Source: Candidatus Nanopusillus acidilobi (lineage in GTDB: Archaea > Nanobdellota > Nanobdellia > Nanobdellales > Nanobdellaceae). From it: a stretch of DNA of 32,000 nucleotides. The notes beneath the pieces were generated by a model. The model was not told where the DNA came from, did not search any database, and saw only the letters and a program-made list of their open reading frames with translations. Position 1 is the first letter of the stretch; each line of letters starts with the position of its first letter. Location of the stretch: assembly GCA_001552015.1 (NCBI GenBank), contig CP010514.1, forward strand, positions 180,001-212,000, read 5' to 3'. Below are positions 1 through 8,013 of the stretch, piece by piece. The position numbers and the translations under genes were made by a program.

Positions 1-1094
1 AAAATACTCTCAATTTCTTCTTCTTTTTCTACTTTAACATTTATTGGATGTGTATAAATTGTCGAATCTTCAAATTTTGCTTCATATGTATCAACAGCAT
101 ACATATAATTTGATCCAATATTATTTTCATTTAATAATTCATCCATAGCTTTATATGCCATATATGTTGCAAAAGATTCATTTAACCAAAGATCATCCCA
201 CCATTTCATAGTAACCAAATTTCCAGACCATTGGTGCCATAATTCATGAGCTATAACTTCATATATTCTTAATTTCTGTCCATATGAATAATAATCCTCT
301 TTATATAATAGTGCAGATTCTCTAAATGTAATTGCACCCCAATTTTCCATTGCCCCAGCAGCAAAATCTGGTATGGCAATTAAATCCAATTTTTCTAATG
401 GATATTCTATTGAAGAATATTTTTCATAATATTCTAATACTTTTTTTGCCCAATCTAAAGCATTTTCTCCATCCTTAGCTTTACCAATATCAGTAACAAT
501 TCTTATTTTCTTATTTTCATATTTATCTTCTAGATAATCAAATTTTCCTATTCCCAAATATAATAAATATGTAGACATTGGTGGAGTTTTCTTAAATTTT
601 ACAATTTTATAATCTTCATTTGTTTCTTCATTTTCTATTTCTGTATTTGATATTACATCATAATCTTTATCTACCTTTACTTCTAATTCGAATTCTGCTT
701 TAAACTCTGGTTCATCAAAGCATGGGATAAAATATCTTGCATATGTAGGTTCAAATTGTGTAGTTAATATTATATTTTTTCCTTTACTTAAATAAAATCC
801 AATTAGATCATTTCTTATCTTTCCCTTAAATTTTATATATAATTTATTTTTTCCATAATATTTATTATATAGATTTATTTCAACTGTTTCATTGTCTATA
901 TTTCTAAAACTTACCTTTTTATTATCTAACTTTATTAATTCTATTTTTATGTCTTTTGAATGTAAATATATTTTATTTGTAGGTTTATTTATATCAATTT
1001 CTATATTTTCTTCTCCTCTATATTCTAAATTATTAATATCTACATCTAATTTTATATAATATTTGATTGGTTTTACATCCTTAGGCAATCTCAT
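1..1094 (-). CDS. M1-family zinc aminopeptidase (aminopeptidase N / tricorn-interacting factor F3-like). N-terminal ~364 codons only; the 3' end runs off the window.
   Basis: Not on the supplied ORF track because it is open at the window edge. My translation of the minus strand from the ATG at 1094-1092 (MRLPKDVKPIKYY...) stays open to base 1. It contains the exopeptidase motif GAMENWG (approx. 340-360). It also contains HELWH-X18-E (HELWHQWSGNLVTMKWWDDLWLNESFA, approx. 170-251), the gluzincin M1 signature. Confidence 0.85.
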   Translation of the reverse strand, partial: MRLPKDVKPIKYYIKLDVDINNLEYRGEENIEIDINKPTNKIYLHSKDIKIELIKLDNKKVSFRNIDNETVEINLYNKYYGKNKLYIKFKGKIRNDLIGFYLSKGKNIILTTQFEPTYARYFIPCFDEPEFKAEFELEVKVDKDYDVISNTEIENEETNEDYKIVKFKKTPPMSTYLLYLGIGKFDYLEDKYENKKIRIVTDIGKAKDGENALDWAKKVLEYYEKYSSIEYPLEKLDLIAIPDFAAGAMENWGAITFRESALLYKEDYYSYGQKLRIYEVIAHELWHQWSGNLVTMKWWDDLWLNESFATYMAYKAMDELLNENNIGSNYMYAVDTYEAKFEDSTIYTHPINVKVEKEEEIESI

Positions 1095-1126
1095 TAATAT
1101 ATAAAATATTCCGATATATTTTTAAT

Positions 1127-1759
1127 ATGAATAAGGTTTACAAATTGCTGGGCTTTCCAATAACAATATGGTTAATAATTATACTCTTTATAGTATATAT
1201 TATAGAATTAATGTATCCATCAATATTAAATATAATTGCTTTTTATCCACATTATGCTATAAGATATCCATGGATGTTTATAACATCTATTTTTGGGGAT
1301 TATGATTTAACACAATTATTCTTTGATGGATTAGCACTGTTTTTTCTTGGTTTATTATTTGAATATTTATATGGAAGTAAAGATCTTTTAATATTATTTT
1401 TCTTATCCGGTATTATTGGAAATATATTCTTTTTATTTCAATATTATAATAACCCTCTAGTTAGTGGAATTGGATCTTCTGCTGCTATATCTGGTATATT
1501 GGGTGCATTGGGGATATTGAGACCAAAAGAGAAAGTAATAATATTTCCAATAATAATTCCAATCGATATGATATATGCTGCAATATTTTGGGCTATATTT
1601 AACTTAATTGGAATATTTTATCCCTTTGTACCTTTGGGATTTTCTGCACATCTGGGTGGTACATTATTTGGATTTTTATATGGATATATATTAAAAAAAT
1701 ATAAAGGAAAAACATCAATAGATAATATTTTTGATAATCAAGAAGAGATTTATTTATAA
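1127..1759 (+). CDS. Rhomboid-family intramembrane serine protease
   Basis: Polytopic hydrophobic 210-aa protein. It has the catalytic-serine motif GxSxxxxG (GIGSSAAISGILGA) and the catalytic-histidine motif AHLGG in a later helix, in the order typical of rhomboids. Confidence 0.75.
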   Translation: MNKVYKLLGFPITIWLIIILFIVYIIELMYPSILNIIAFYPHYAIRYPWMFITSIFGDYDLTQLFFDGLALFFLGLLFEYLYGSKDLLILFFLSGIIGNIFFLFQYYNNPLVSGIGSSAAISGILGALGILRPKEKVIIFPIIIPIDMIYAAIFWAIFNLIGIFYPFVPLGFSAHLGGTLFGFLYGYILKKYKGKTSIDNIFDNQEEIYL

Positions 1760-1806
1760 TTTTTTGCTTAATAAAATTATATAAATTATAAAGTGTAATT
1801 ATTAAA

Positions 1807-2046
1807 ATGGAAGCAAAAGTCGAAAACACAAACGAAAAATTAATAAAGGAAATAAGAACAAAATTGGCTACATTATCTACAAATACACTTTTAAGATATT
1901 ATGAAGATATTAGATCAAAGATTATCCCTTCAAATTTGTCATATTATTCTCAATATTTATCATATGAAGAATTATTAGATAATGTTGAAAGGGAATTAAT
2001 ATTAAGAGGGGCTCTAAAAAGGATAAAAAAATTAGATATTAGATAA
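1807..2046 (+). CDS. Hypothetical small helical protein (79 aa)
   Basis: ORF only, with no recognisable motif. Its stop abuts the stop of the convergent thyA-like gene. Coding status is supported only by length and lack of a competing ORF. Confidence 0.35.
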   Translation: MEAKVENTNEKLIKEIRTKLATLSTNTLLRYYEDIRSKIIPSNLSYYSQYLSYEELLDNVERELILRGALKRIKKLDIR

Positions 2047-3465
2047 TTATACTTGATCTTGTATATATTTTTTGCCAGTTCTTTTAAATTCATTTGCTTT
2101 ATATATTTCTCTTCCAACATATATTGAATGATCATATGATGTAAAAAATGGTAGTCCCTTTAATCTATTATATATTTCATCAACGTTTTCAGATCCAAAT
2201 TTAAAATCTAAAATTGTATTATCATAACTTCTATGTTCTATAAATGTTTTATTATCTTCATTATATATTATAAAATTACCCTTTGGATCCGATACAAAAG
2301 ATCTTATTCTATATCCATATTTTTCTAATACTTTTTCCATATATTGAAAATCATGTTCATATACATGTGCAGATGATGAAATTGTTGTAACAATTCCCAA
2401 TTCATATCCTTTATTTGTTCTTTTATTTATTTCATTAACAATATATTCTCCAATTCTAATTAATGCATACATATTTAATGGCCATCCCCTAAACATATCA
2501 TTACTTCTTATATATTCTGTAAGGTTTAGATATTTTCCCTGAATAATCCCTTCTATAGATATAACACATGGTGGGTCATTTGAATATATATCTATATTTG
2601 GATTCCATGTAATCATAATTGCTCTTCTTGTTTCTGGATTTTTTGATAATTTATTTATTATATATAATAATTGATTTAAATTACTATAATTTAGAAATCT
2701 TTCTCCATATGTATAATCAACACCTTCAGGTTTTTTATTAATAAAATATCCACTTAAATGTTTTTCAAATTCTTCTAATTTAATAAATTCATCAAATTCT
2801 TTTTCTAATTCATATTTTCTTCCATATAATCCTAAACTAACAATTATATTCAATCTTTCTAATTGTTTTTCATTATATTCAGAATCTTTTAAAATTCCAA
2901 ACATTTTAATTTCTGTTAATAATCTTACCCATGCATTAAATAATGATTCTTCATATATAAATGCTGGAGGTAATGGAATTATATAATCATAATCAGTTTT
3001 TACATTTTCTTTTATTTCAATATCTATTTTTCTTCTAAATATATTATCTGGTTTATAATTAGTCTGAATTATTTCTTCTAATTTACTTATATTCTTATTC
3101 CAAAAATCTTTTCTCATATCTATTACACTCGTAGTATTTAAAATTTCTTTTATTTCATCATAATCTAAATTTATATTATATCTCTTTAGTGTTTCTTTAT
3201 CTTTATTATTAAATATATCTATAAAAGCCTGACCAGATTGTGTTAGATCCGGTCCATATAGAATTATTTTATTTATCTGTGGATTTTCTCCTAATGTTTG
3301 AATTAAATATTTTATTCCATTGATTGTATATAGTGTTCCAATTATATTTACCTTATTTTTAACATTTTCAGGTAATGAATTATATATAAAATCCTTTTTT
3401 GCCCACAATGTTGCTATAGAAATATTGCTTTTTGGATTTACAATTAAAATATCTTTTTCTAACAT
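2047..3465 (-). CDS. thyA: ThyA-type thymidylate synthase core, flanked by an MtrA-like N-terminal domain and a ~90-aa C-terminal extension
   Basis: The ThyA core motifs appear in canonical order: RRAIMITWNP, PPC (nucleophile Cys300), RSNDMFRGWPLN and SSAHVYEHD. Compare E. coli RRIIVSAWN, APCH, RSCDVFLGLPFN and DTHLY. N-terminal residues 1-90 (IVNPKSNISIATLWA...IIGTLYTINGIKYLIQTLGENPQINKIILYGPDLTQSGQAF) track the soluble domain of methyltransferase subunit MtrA as I remember it. Confidence 0.8.
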   Translation of the reverse strand: MLEKDILIVNPKSNISIATLWAKKDFIYNSLPENVKNKVNIIGTLYTINGIKYLIQTLGENPQINKIILYGPDLTQSGQAFIDIFNNKDKETLKRYNINLDYDEIKEILNTTSVIDMRKDFWNKNISKLEEIIQTNYKPDNIFRRKIDIEIKENVKTDYDYIIPLPPAFIYEESLFNAWVRLLTEIKMFGILKDSEYNEKQLERLNIIVSLGLYGRKYELEKEFDEFIKLEEFEKHLSGYFINKKPEGVDYTYGERFLNYSNLNQLLYIINKLSKNPETRRAIMITWNPNIDIYSNDPPCVISIEGIIQGKYLNLTEYIRSNDMFRGWPLNMYALIRIGEYIVNEINKRTNKGYELGIVTTISSSAHVYEHDFQYMEKVLEKYGYRIRSFVSDPKGNFIIYNEDNKTFIEHRSYDNTILDFKFGSENVDEIYNRLKGLPFFTSYDHSIYVGREIYKANEFKRTGKKYIQDQV

Positions 3466-3733
3466 ATAGATAATTTTTTATTTTTTCTTATAAATTTTCT
3501 TTTTTATCTATTATCCCCAAATATAATAAATTTTTTACATTCTTTTTGTTCATTTTATAACTTCTATATTGCAAATAGAATATAAATAATATTGAAATTA
3601 TTCAAATATAAATGGAAAGATCTCCAAATGTATACTTATTAAAAATGTAAAATATTATAGGAATCTATATATGTTAACTGTATTATTATAATATTCCGAA
3701 TAGGATTATGAATGTTGTTAGTATTATATACAT

Positions 3734-3760
3734 TTTTTCTACAAAAATTTTTCTACAAAA
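3734..3760 (+). repeat. Perfect tandem direct repeat, 2 x TTTTTCTACAAAA with 14-nt period, in the thyA/prx divergent spacer. Candidate regulator binding site.
   Basis: Read directly: tttttctacaaaa-a-tttttctacaaaa, about 75-100 nt upstream of the peroxiredoxin ATG at 3835. The function is not demonstrated. Confidence 0.3.
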
Positions 3761-3834
3761 TGATAATTGATAAAATATTCTTGGAAAAATTTTTAGAATA
3801 AAAACCTTAAAAGATTTTTAAATAAATTATTTAG

Positions 3835-4473
3835 ATGGAAGACCATATAGATTTTGAAAAGCCCAAAATATTAGGGATTGGAGATAAAGTACCAGAATTG
3901 GTAATAAAAGTATACGATACGGTAGAAAAAAAGTTCAAAGAAATAAATATATATAAAGATATATTAAGTAAAGGAAAGTTCTTAGTATTATTCTATTATC
4001 CAGCAGATTTTACATTTGTATGTCCAACAGAATTAGAAGATCTAGCAGAAAAATATGATCAAATAAAGAAGGAAGGGGCAGAAGTTATAGCAATGTCAAC
4101 TGATACTGTATATACACACTTAGCATGGCATGCAACAGAAAAACTATTAGAAAATGTTAAATTTCCAATGGGTGAAGATCATACAGGAACAATAGCAAAG
4201 ATGTTCAATATATATGATTATAAATCTGGAGTAGCATACAGAGCATCAATAATAATTGATCCAGATGGAACTATTGTAGGAATAGAAGTAAATAATGCAG
4301 ATGTAGGAAGAGATTCTGATGAATTATTGAGAAAAATAAAAGCATTTAAATATGTAAGAGAGCATCCAGGTGAGGTATGTCCAGCAAAATGGGGCAAAGA
4401 TGTAAATATAACATTAAAACCAGGAGAAAGCTTAGTAGGAAAAGTATATGAATATTACAAAAAGGGCGAATAA
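3835..4473 (+). CDS. Typical 2-Cys peroxiredoxin (AhpC/Prx1 subfamily)
   Basis: Peroxidatic-Cys motif DFTFVCPTEL and C-terminal resolving-Cys motif GEVCPAKW. Length of 212 aa fits the family. Confidence 0.9.
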   Translation: MEDHIDFEKPKILGIGDKVPELVIKVYDTVEKKFKEINIYKDILSKGKFLVLFYYPADFTFVCPTELEDLAEKYDQIKKEGAEVIAMSTDTVYTHLAWHATEKLLENVKFPMGEDHTGTIAKMFNIYDYKSGVAYRASIIIDPDGTIVGIEVNNADVGRDSDELLRKIKAFKYVREHPGEVCPAKWGKDVNITLKPGESLVGKVYEYYKKGE

Positions 4474-4474
4474 A

Positions 4475-5827
4475 TTATTTATTTTTTAATAGTTCTTCAA
4501 AGAATTTATCTCTAATTGGTTCATATACTCTTTTATAAAATTCTTGTTGATCTAAAAGAACTTCTTTTGGAAACTTCTTTATATATTCTATTGCAAATTT
4601 CCATGCAGTATTATAATCAACTATACTATTTATTTTATCAGTTATCTCTTTATCATAATCTTCTGGTGTTTGATCTTTATCTCCTATATGAAAATATCCT
4701 GTATTTTTATTATATGGTGCTTCTTCATTTCCAATGTTTATTAATTCTATTTTTTCACCTTCTTTTTCTTTAAAATATGGATGAAATATTTTTTCTTTAC
4801 CCCTTTTATATATTGGTCTATAATATTTTGCCCATGCATAGAATATTGCTCTATTTAAACCAAAGCTCTTTGCTTTATTTATATCATTATATAATAGATA
4901 ATATCTTGCTGCTTGTAATAATCCCATAACCTGGAATCTTCCAACATTTCCAAAATTTTCTCTTTTTATTGTTACTTTTTCTTGTCTTAATGTGCTCTTA
5001 TTTAAATAATTTACAATATAGCTTTTTGTTTCTTTTATAGCTATTTCTGCTAAATAATCTCCTTCTCCTGGTTCATATTCTCTCCATTTTTCACTATGTT
5101 TAAAATTCTTATAATTTGCCCATGATAGATCAAAATTTTGAATATCATTTGGTTTAAATACTACACATACATAATCTAAAAATCTATGAAATGATAAAGG
5201 TACTGTAAATACTCTTTGTATATCTATCTTATTTTCAACTTTGAATTCTCTTGATTTTCCCCTTGCTTTTAATATTTCTTTTTCTAAATCATCCTTTGCT
5301 TTCTTTAATATAAAATCTACAATTGCAAATGCAATATTTAATGGATGATATTTATTTAATATATTTTCTGAGAATGATTTTTCATTGATATGTACATGTA
5401 TTCCTCTTCCACTCCATTTTAAATATACAGATTTATATATTTTATATTTTTCTAAATATGAAACAATTATTTCTGCAACATTTTTTATTATATCAAAATC
5501 TTCTAATGTTCCATCAATATCAAAAATTGGTGTTACATATTTTATATTATTTATATCTTTTAATTTATCCTCAGAAATTTGATTATATAAATTTATTGTT
5601 GCATAAATTGTTCTAAATTTTAAATAAGAAAATTTTGTAAATAAGGATTTGTATTCATCCTCATTTTCAATTTTTAGTGGATTTTTATCTTTATCATATC
5701 TTATAAATACTCTTTGATCCAATCTATTTGTTTCTAAGGCAATCCATCTATTTTTTGAATAATCAATAATCTCTTTTATAACATATTCATTCATGTAATA
5801 ATTTTTTATTTCAGACCATTCTATCAT
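4475..5827 (-). CDS. priS: Archaeo-eukaryotic primase catalytic subunit (PriS-like) with a ~220-aa helical C-terminal extension; probable single-chain primase
   Basis: The three AEP motifs occur in order. Motif I is the DxD in TPIFDIDGTL (D103/D105). Motif II is WSGRGIHVHI (139-146). Motif III is KIDIQRVFTVPLSFH (D202...H214). Only one Cys in 450 aa, so there is no Zn knuckle and no 4Fe-4S ligand set. Confidence 0.7.
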   Translation of the reverse strand: MIEWSEIKNYYMNEYVIKEIIDYSKNRWIALETNRLDQRVFIRYDKDKNPLKIENEDEYKSLFTKFSYLKFRTIYATINLYNQISEDKLKDINNIKYVTPIFDIDGTLEDFDIIKNVAEIIVSYLEKYKIYKSVYLKWSGRGIHVHINEKSFSENILNKYHPLNIAFAIVDFILKKAKDDLEKEILKARGKSREFKVENKIDIQRVFTVPLSFHRFLDYVCVVFKPNDIQNFDLSWANYKNFKHSEKWREYEPGEGDYLAEIAIKETKSYIVNYLNKSTLRQEKVTIKRENFGNVGRFQVMGLLQAARYYLLYNDINKAKSFGLNRAIFYAWAKYYRPIYKRGKEKIFHPYFKEKEGEKIELINIGNEEAPYNKNTGYFHIGDKDQTPEDYDKEITDKINSIVDYNTAWKFAIEYIKKFPKEVLLDQQEFYKRVYEPIRDKFFEELLKNK

Positions 5828-5904
5828 AATAATCTATAAAATTTTTGTTAATATATATTTTAAGTAATCTTGTCTGAAGAATTTATTAAAAAATAATTAC
5901 TAAA

Positions 5905-7131
5905 TTAGATTATATTCATTGGGCTTTTTCCATTTATTGTTATAGAATCTTGTCCATTTATATTATTTGTTTGATTATTTCCTATAGAAATTTGCCAATT
6001 TATTGTATTATTCCAGCTCCAATTGTTCCATTCCCAATTTTCAATTTCTCTTTTAAAGTGTTCCATATGTTCTTTAATAAATTCTTCTTCATTATGTTCT
6101 CCTATATTTCTTATTACTTCCCAATTATAGTTTTCTAATAGATATTGAGTATCCAATAGTGCAGATATATTTCCATTCATAACTTCTTGCATTGTTAATG
6201 TTAATGTTTGATTTAATTGTGGTAATATATTACATATTGGTAATTGATTATTTGTATAATTACATAATACTTCAAACTTATCTAATAATAAAAGTTGGTG
6301 TTCTAGTAATCTATTAATGCGTTTTTCTACAATTTCAGTTAAATTTAATGTTTCATTTCTGAACATTTCATAATCATTTTCAATTTCCTGTTTTAATTCT
6401 TCTTCTTCTTGTGTTATATTTACATTATTATTTACTACCATTGGTACTATACAAACTCCATTAATTTCTCCAGTAAATATTTCTCTAATATCCTCCCAAG
6501 ATGTGTTTGATGTTATATTTACGTATAAATAATTTTGACAAGGTACTGGCTGTTGAGTATTACTATATATTTCATAAGATATATTTAATGAACTTAATTG
6601 ATCTGTTATATTTCCTAAGGAAGAGCTTGCTCCAGTAAATATAACTACATTGGTTGTATTTAATTTTTCTAATGCATATAATGTGCTCTCAGGTAATACG
6701 CCATTTGGTATAATTAATATTGGTTCATCATTGTCTTCAGCATATTGAACAGCCTCAGTAACTAATTGTAATTTATCAGGACTTATATGTTCATTAACTA
6801 AATCTCTTGTAATTAATACTGCACTACTAGAACTATTCCAGAAATATAATGCTACATATGCTGAGGTATCATATCTTGTTGTTCCCCATATCCATAAATA
6901 ACTAATATTTGACTGATTTAGATCTTGTAATAATAAATTTGATATTACTGCAGGTCCTCCTATTATTATTACATTTGTTACATTATCATTTATAAGCATT
7001 TGTACTGTATTATTTATATCTATTGGATTTTGATATACTATATATACTGGTAATTTGTATATATGTCCTACTACATTTGCTACCAAATAATCTGCATATG
7101 TTATATTTGTGACTAAAATTGCTGTAACCAT
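5905..7131 (-). CDS. Hypothetical protein with two CWB2-like (cell-wall-binding repeat 2-like) modules, a helical middle region and a Trp/Asn-rich tail
   Basis: Module 1 contains ADYLVANVVGHIYKLPVYIV, VTNVIIIGGPAVIS and GTTRYDTSAYVA. These mirror the CWB2 hallmarks (aDALsa..lA...aPiLL, vyivGGtgaIs, G.dRyeTs..iA) as I remember them. Module 2 (AVLITRD...EPILIIPNGVLPES...NVVIFTG) is a weaker copy. The C-terminus reads NWEWNNWSWNNTINWQ. There is no N-terminal signal peptide or TM helix. Confidence 0.45.
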   Translation of the reverse strand: MVTAILVTNITYADYLVANVVGHIYKLPVYIVYQNPIDINNTVQMLINDNVTNVIIIGGPAVISNLLLQDLNQSNISYLWIWGTTRYDTSAYVALYFWNSSSSAVLITRDLVNEHISPDKLQLVTEAVQYAEDNDEPILIIPNGVLPESTLYALEKLNTTNVVIFTGASSSLGNITDQLSSLNISYEIYSNTQQPVPCQNYLYVNITSNTSWEDIREIFTGEINGVCIVPMVVNNNVNITQEEEELKQEIENDYEMFRNETLNLTEIVEKRINRLLEHQLLLLDKFEVLCNYTNNQLPICNILPQLNQTLTLTMQEVMNGNISALLDTQYLLENYNWEVIRNIGEHNEEEFIKEHMEHFKREIENWEWNNWSWNNTINWQISIGNNQTNNINGQDSITINGKSPMNII

Positions 7132-7155
7132 AAATATTAATTAATAATAAATAAT

Positions 7156-8013
7156 TTAAATATTATTTAATATTTTCTCATAAACTTCTTTCTCATTATT
7201 AAAAGTAAATCCTGCAGCGTATTTATGACCGCCGCCATTAAGTAATTTTGTTATTTCACTTACATCTTTATTATTTAATGTCCTTATTTCTCCTCTCTTG
7301 GATTTTTCATATAATGTTATTACAAAATCCGGATTATCTCTTATTTTTTCTTTTATATATTCTAAAATATAATTTGATGGTATATTTTTATCCAATTTTA
7401 TTATATAAATCTTATATTTTTTGTTTATTATTGTTATATTTTTATCCAAATTTTTGTATATTTCATTTAATTCTTTTCTAAATCTTTTTATAATATTATA
7501 ATCAATTATTTCTTTAATATCTTTGTTTAATAGATTTTTTGCCATTGATATAAAATATAAATCATATGATTTTGGATAAAAATATCTTATTGATACTATA
7601 TAATCTACAAAATCCTTTTCTATATCATCTTTTATTTCTCCAGAATCTATATCGTCAATAATATTTAAATATTTGAATTCTACATTTAAATATTCAGATA
7701 AAACCCTCGCAGCAGATTTATAATTTTTTATATAAACATTTACCCTAGATGTAATTTCATTAAAATTTTTTTCATGATGATCTATCCAATAAACTTTTTT
7801 AAAATATGAAGATAAATATATTGCTTCTTGATTTGTTGCAATATCTGTAATATATAATTCTTCTTCTTTATCATTATTTTCTATTACCTTTATTAATGTA
7901 TTATTTATTAATCTTGGGCTTGAAAAATAAACCTTAAATTTATCACCAAATTTTTTATATAATATTGACAAACAAGCTATTCCATCTATATCCCAATGAG
8001 TAATTGCAATCAC
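7156..8013 (-). CDS. DHH/DHHA1-family phosphoesterase (minimal RecJ/NrnA-like; candidate Hef-associated nuclease)
   Basis: DHH motifs are ITHWDIDG (I), ITDIATN (II) and WIDHHEK (III). The DHHA1 motif is GGGHKYAAGF. The start appears to be GTG, overlapping the hef stop (GTGA) by 4 nt. Confidence 0.8.
   Translation of the reverse strand: MIAITHWDIDGIACLSILYKKFGDKFKVYFSSPRLINNTLIKVIENNDKEEELYITDIATNQEAIYLSSYFKKVYWIDHHEKNFNEITSRVNVYIKNYKSAARVLSEYLNVEFKYLNIIDDIDSGEIKDDIEKDFVDYIVSIRYFYPKSYDLYFISMAKNLLNKDIKEIIDYNIIKRFRKELNEIYKNLDKNITIINKKYKIYIIKLDKNIPSNYILEYIKEKIRDNPDFVITLYEKSKRGEIRTLNNKDVSEITKLLNGGGHKYAAGFTFNNEKEVYEKILNNI

Noticed and set aside
1127-1759. Possible loss of the rhomboid TM2 HxxxN oxyanion motif. 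My hand alignment to GlpG puts Gln and Asp at those positions.
   Set aside because: The alignment of TM2 was done by eye in a low-similarity region and is not reliable. The Ser/His dyad is intact, so I do not claim an atypical active site.
3466-3834. Mini-ORFs in the long spacer, e.g. MERSPNVYLLKM on the plus strand and MNKKNVKNLLYLGIIDKKENL on the minus strand.
   Set aside because: They are too short, have no motif and show no coupling signals. ORFs of this size are expected by chance.
5905-7131. A very high density of N-x-S/T sequons, initially read as evidence for a heavily N-glycosylated surface protein. The same pattern occurs in 27714..28346.
   Set aside because: Asn (AAT), Ser and Thr are strongly enriched by the AT-biased composition across all proteins here. 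Sequon density alone is therefore not evidence of glycosylation or export.
7156-7206. An apparent one-base discrepancy between my hand count of an A-run near 7200 and the track's reading frame at the DHH gene 3' end. It briefly suggested a frameshift.
   Set aside because: The track translation is continuous and both flanking genes match their coordinates. My manual counting of homopolymer runs is the more likely source of error, so I make no frameshift claim.
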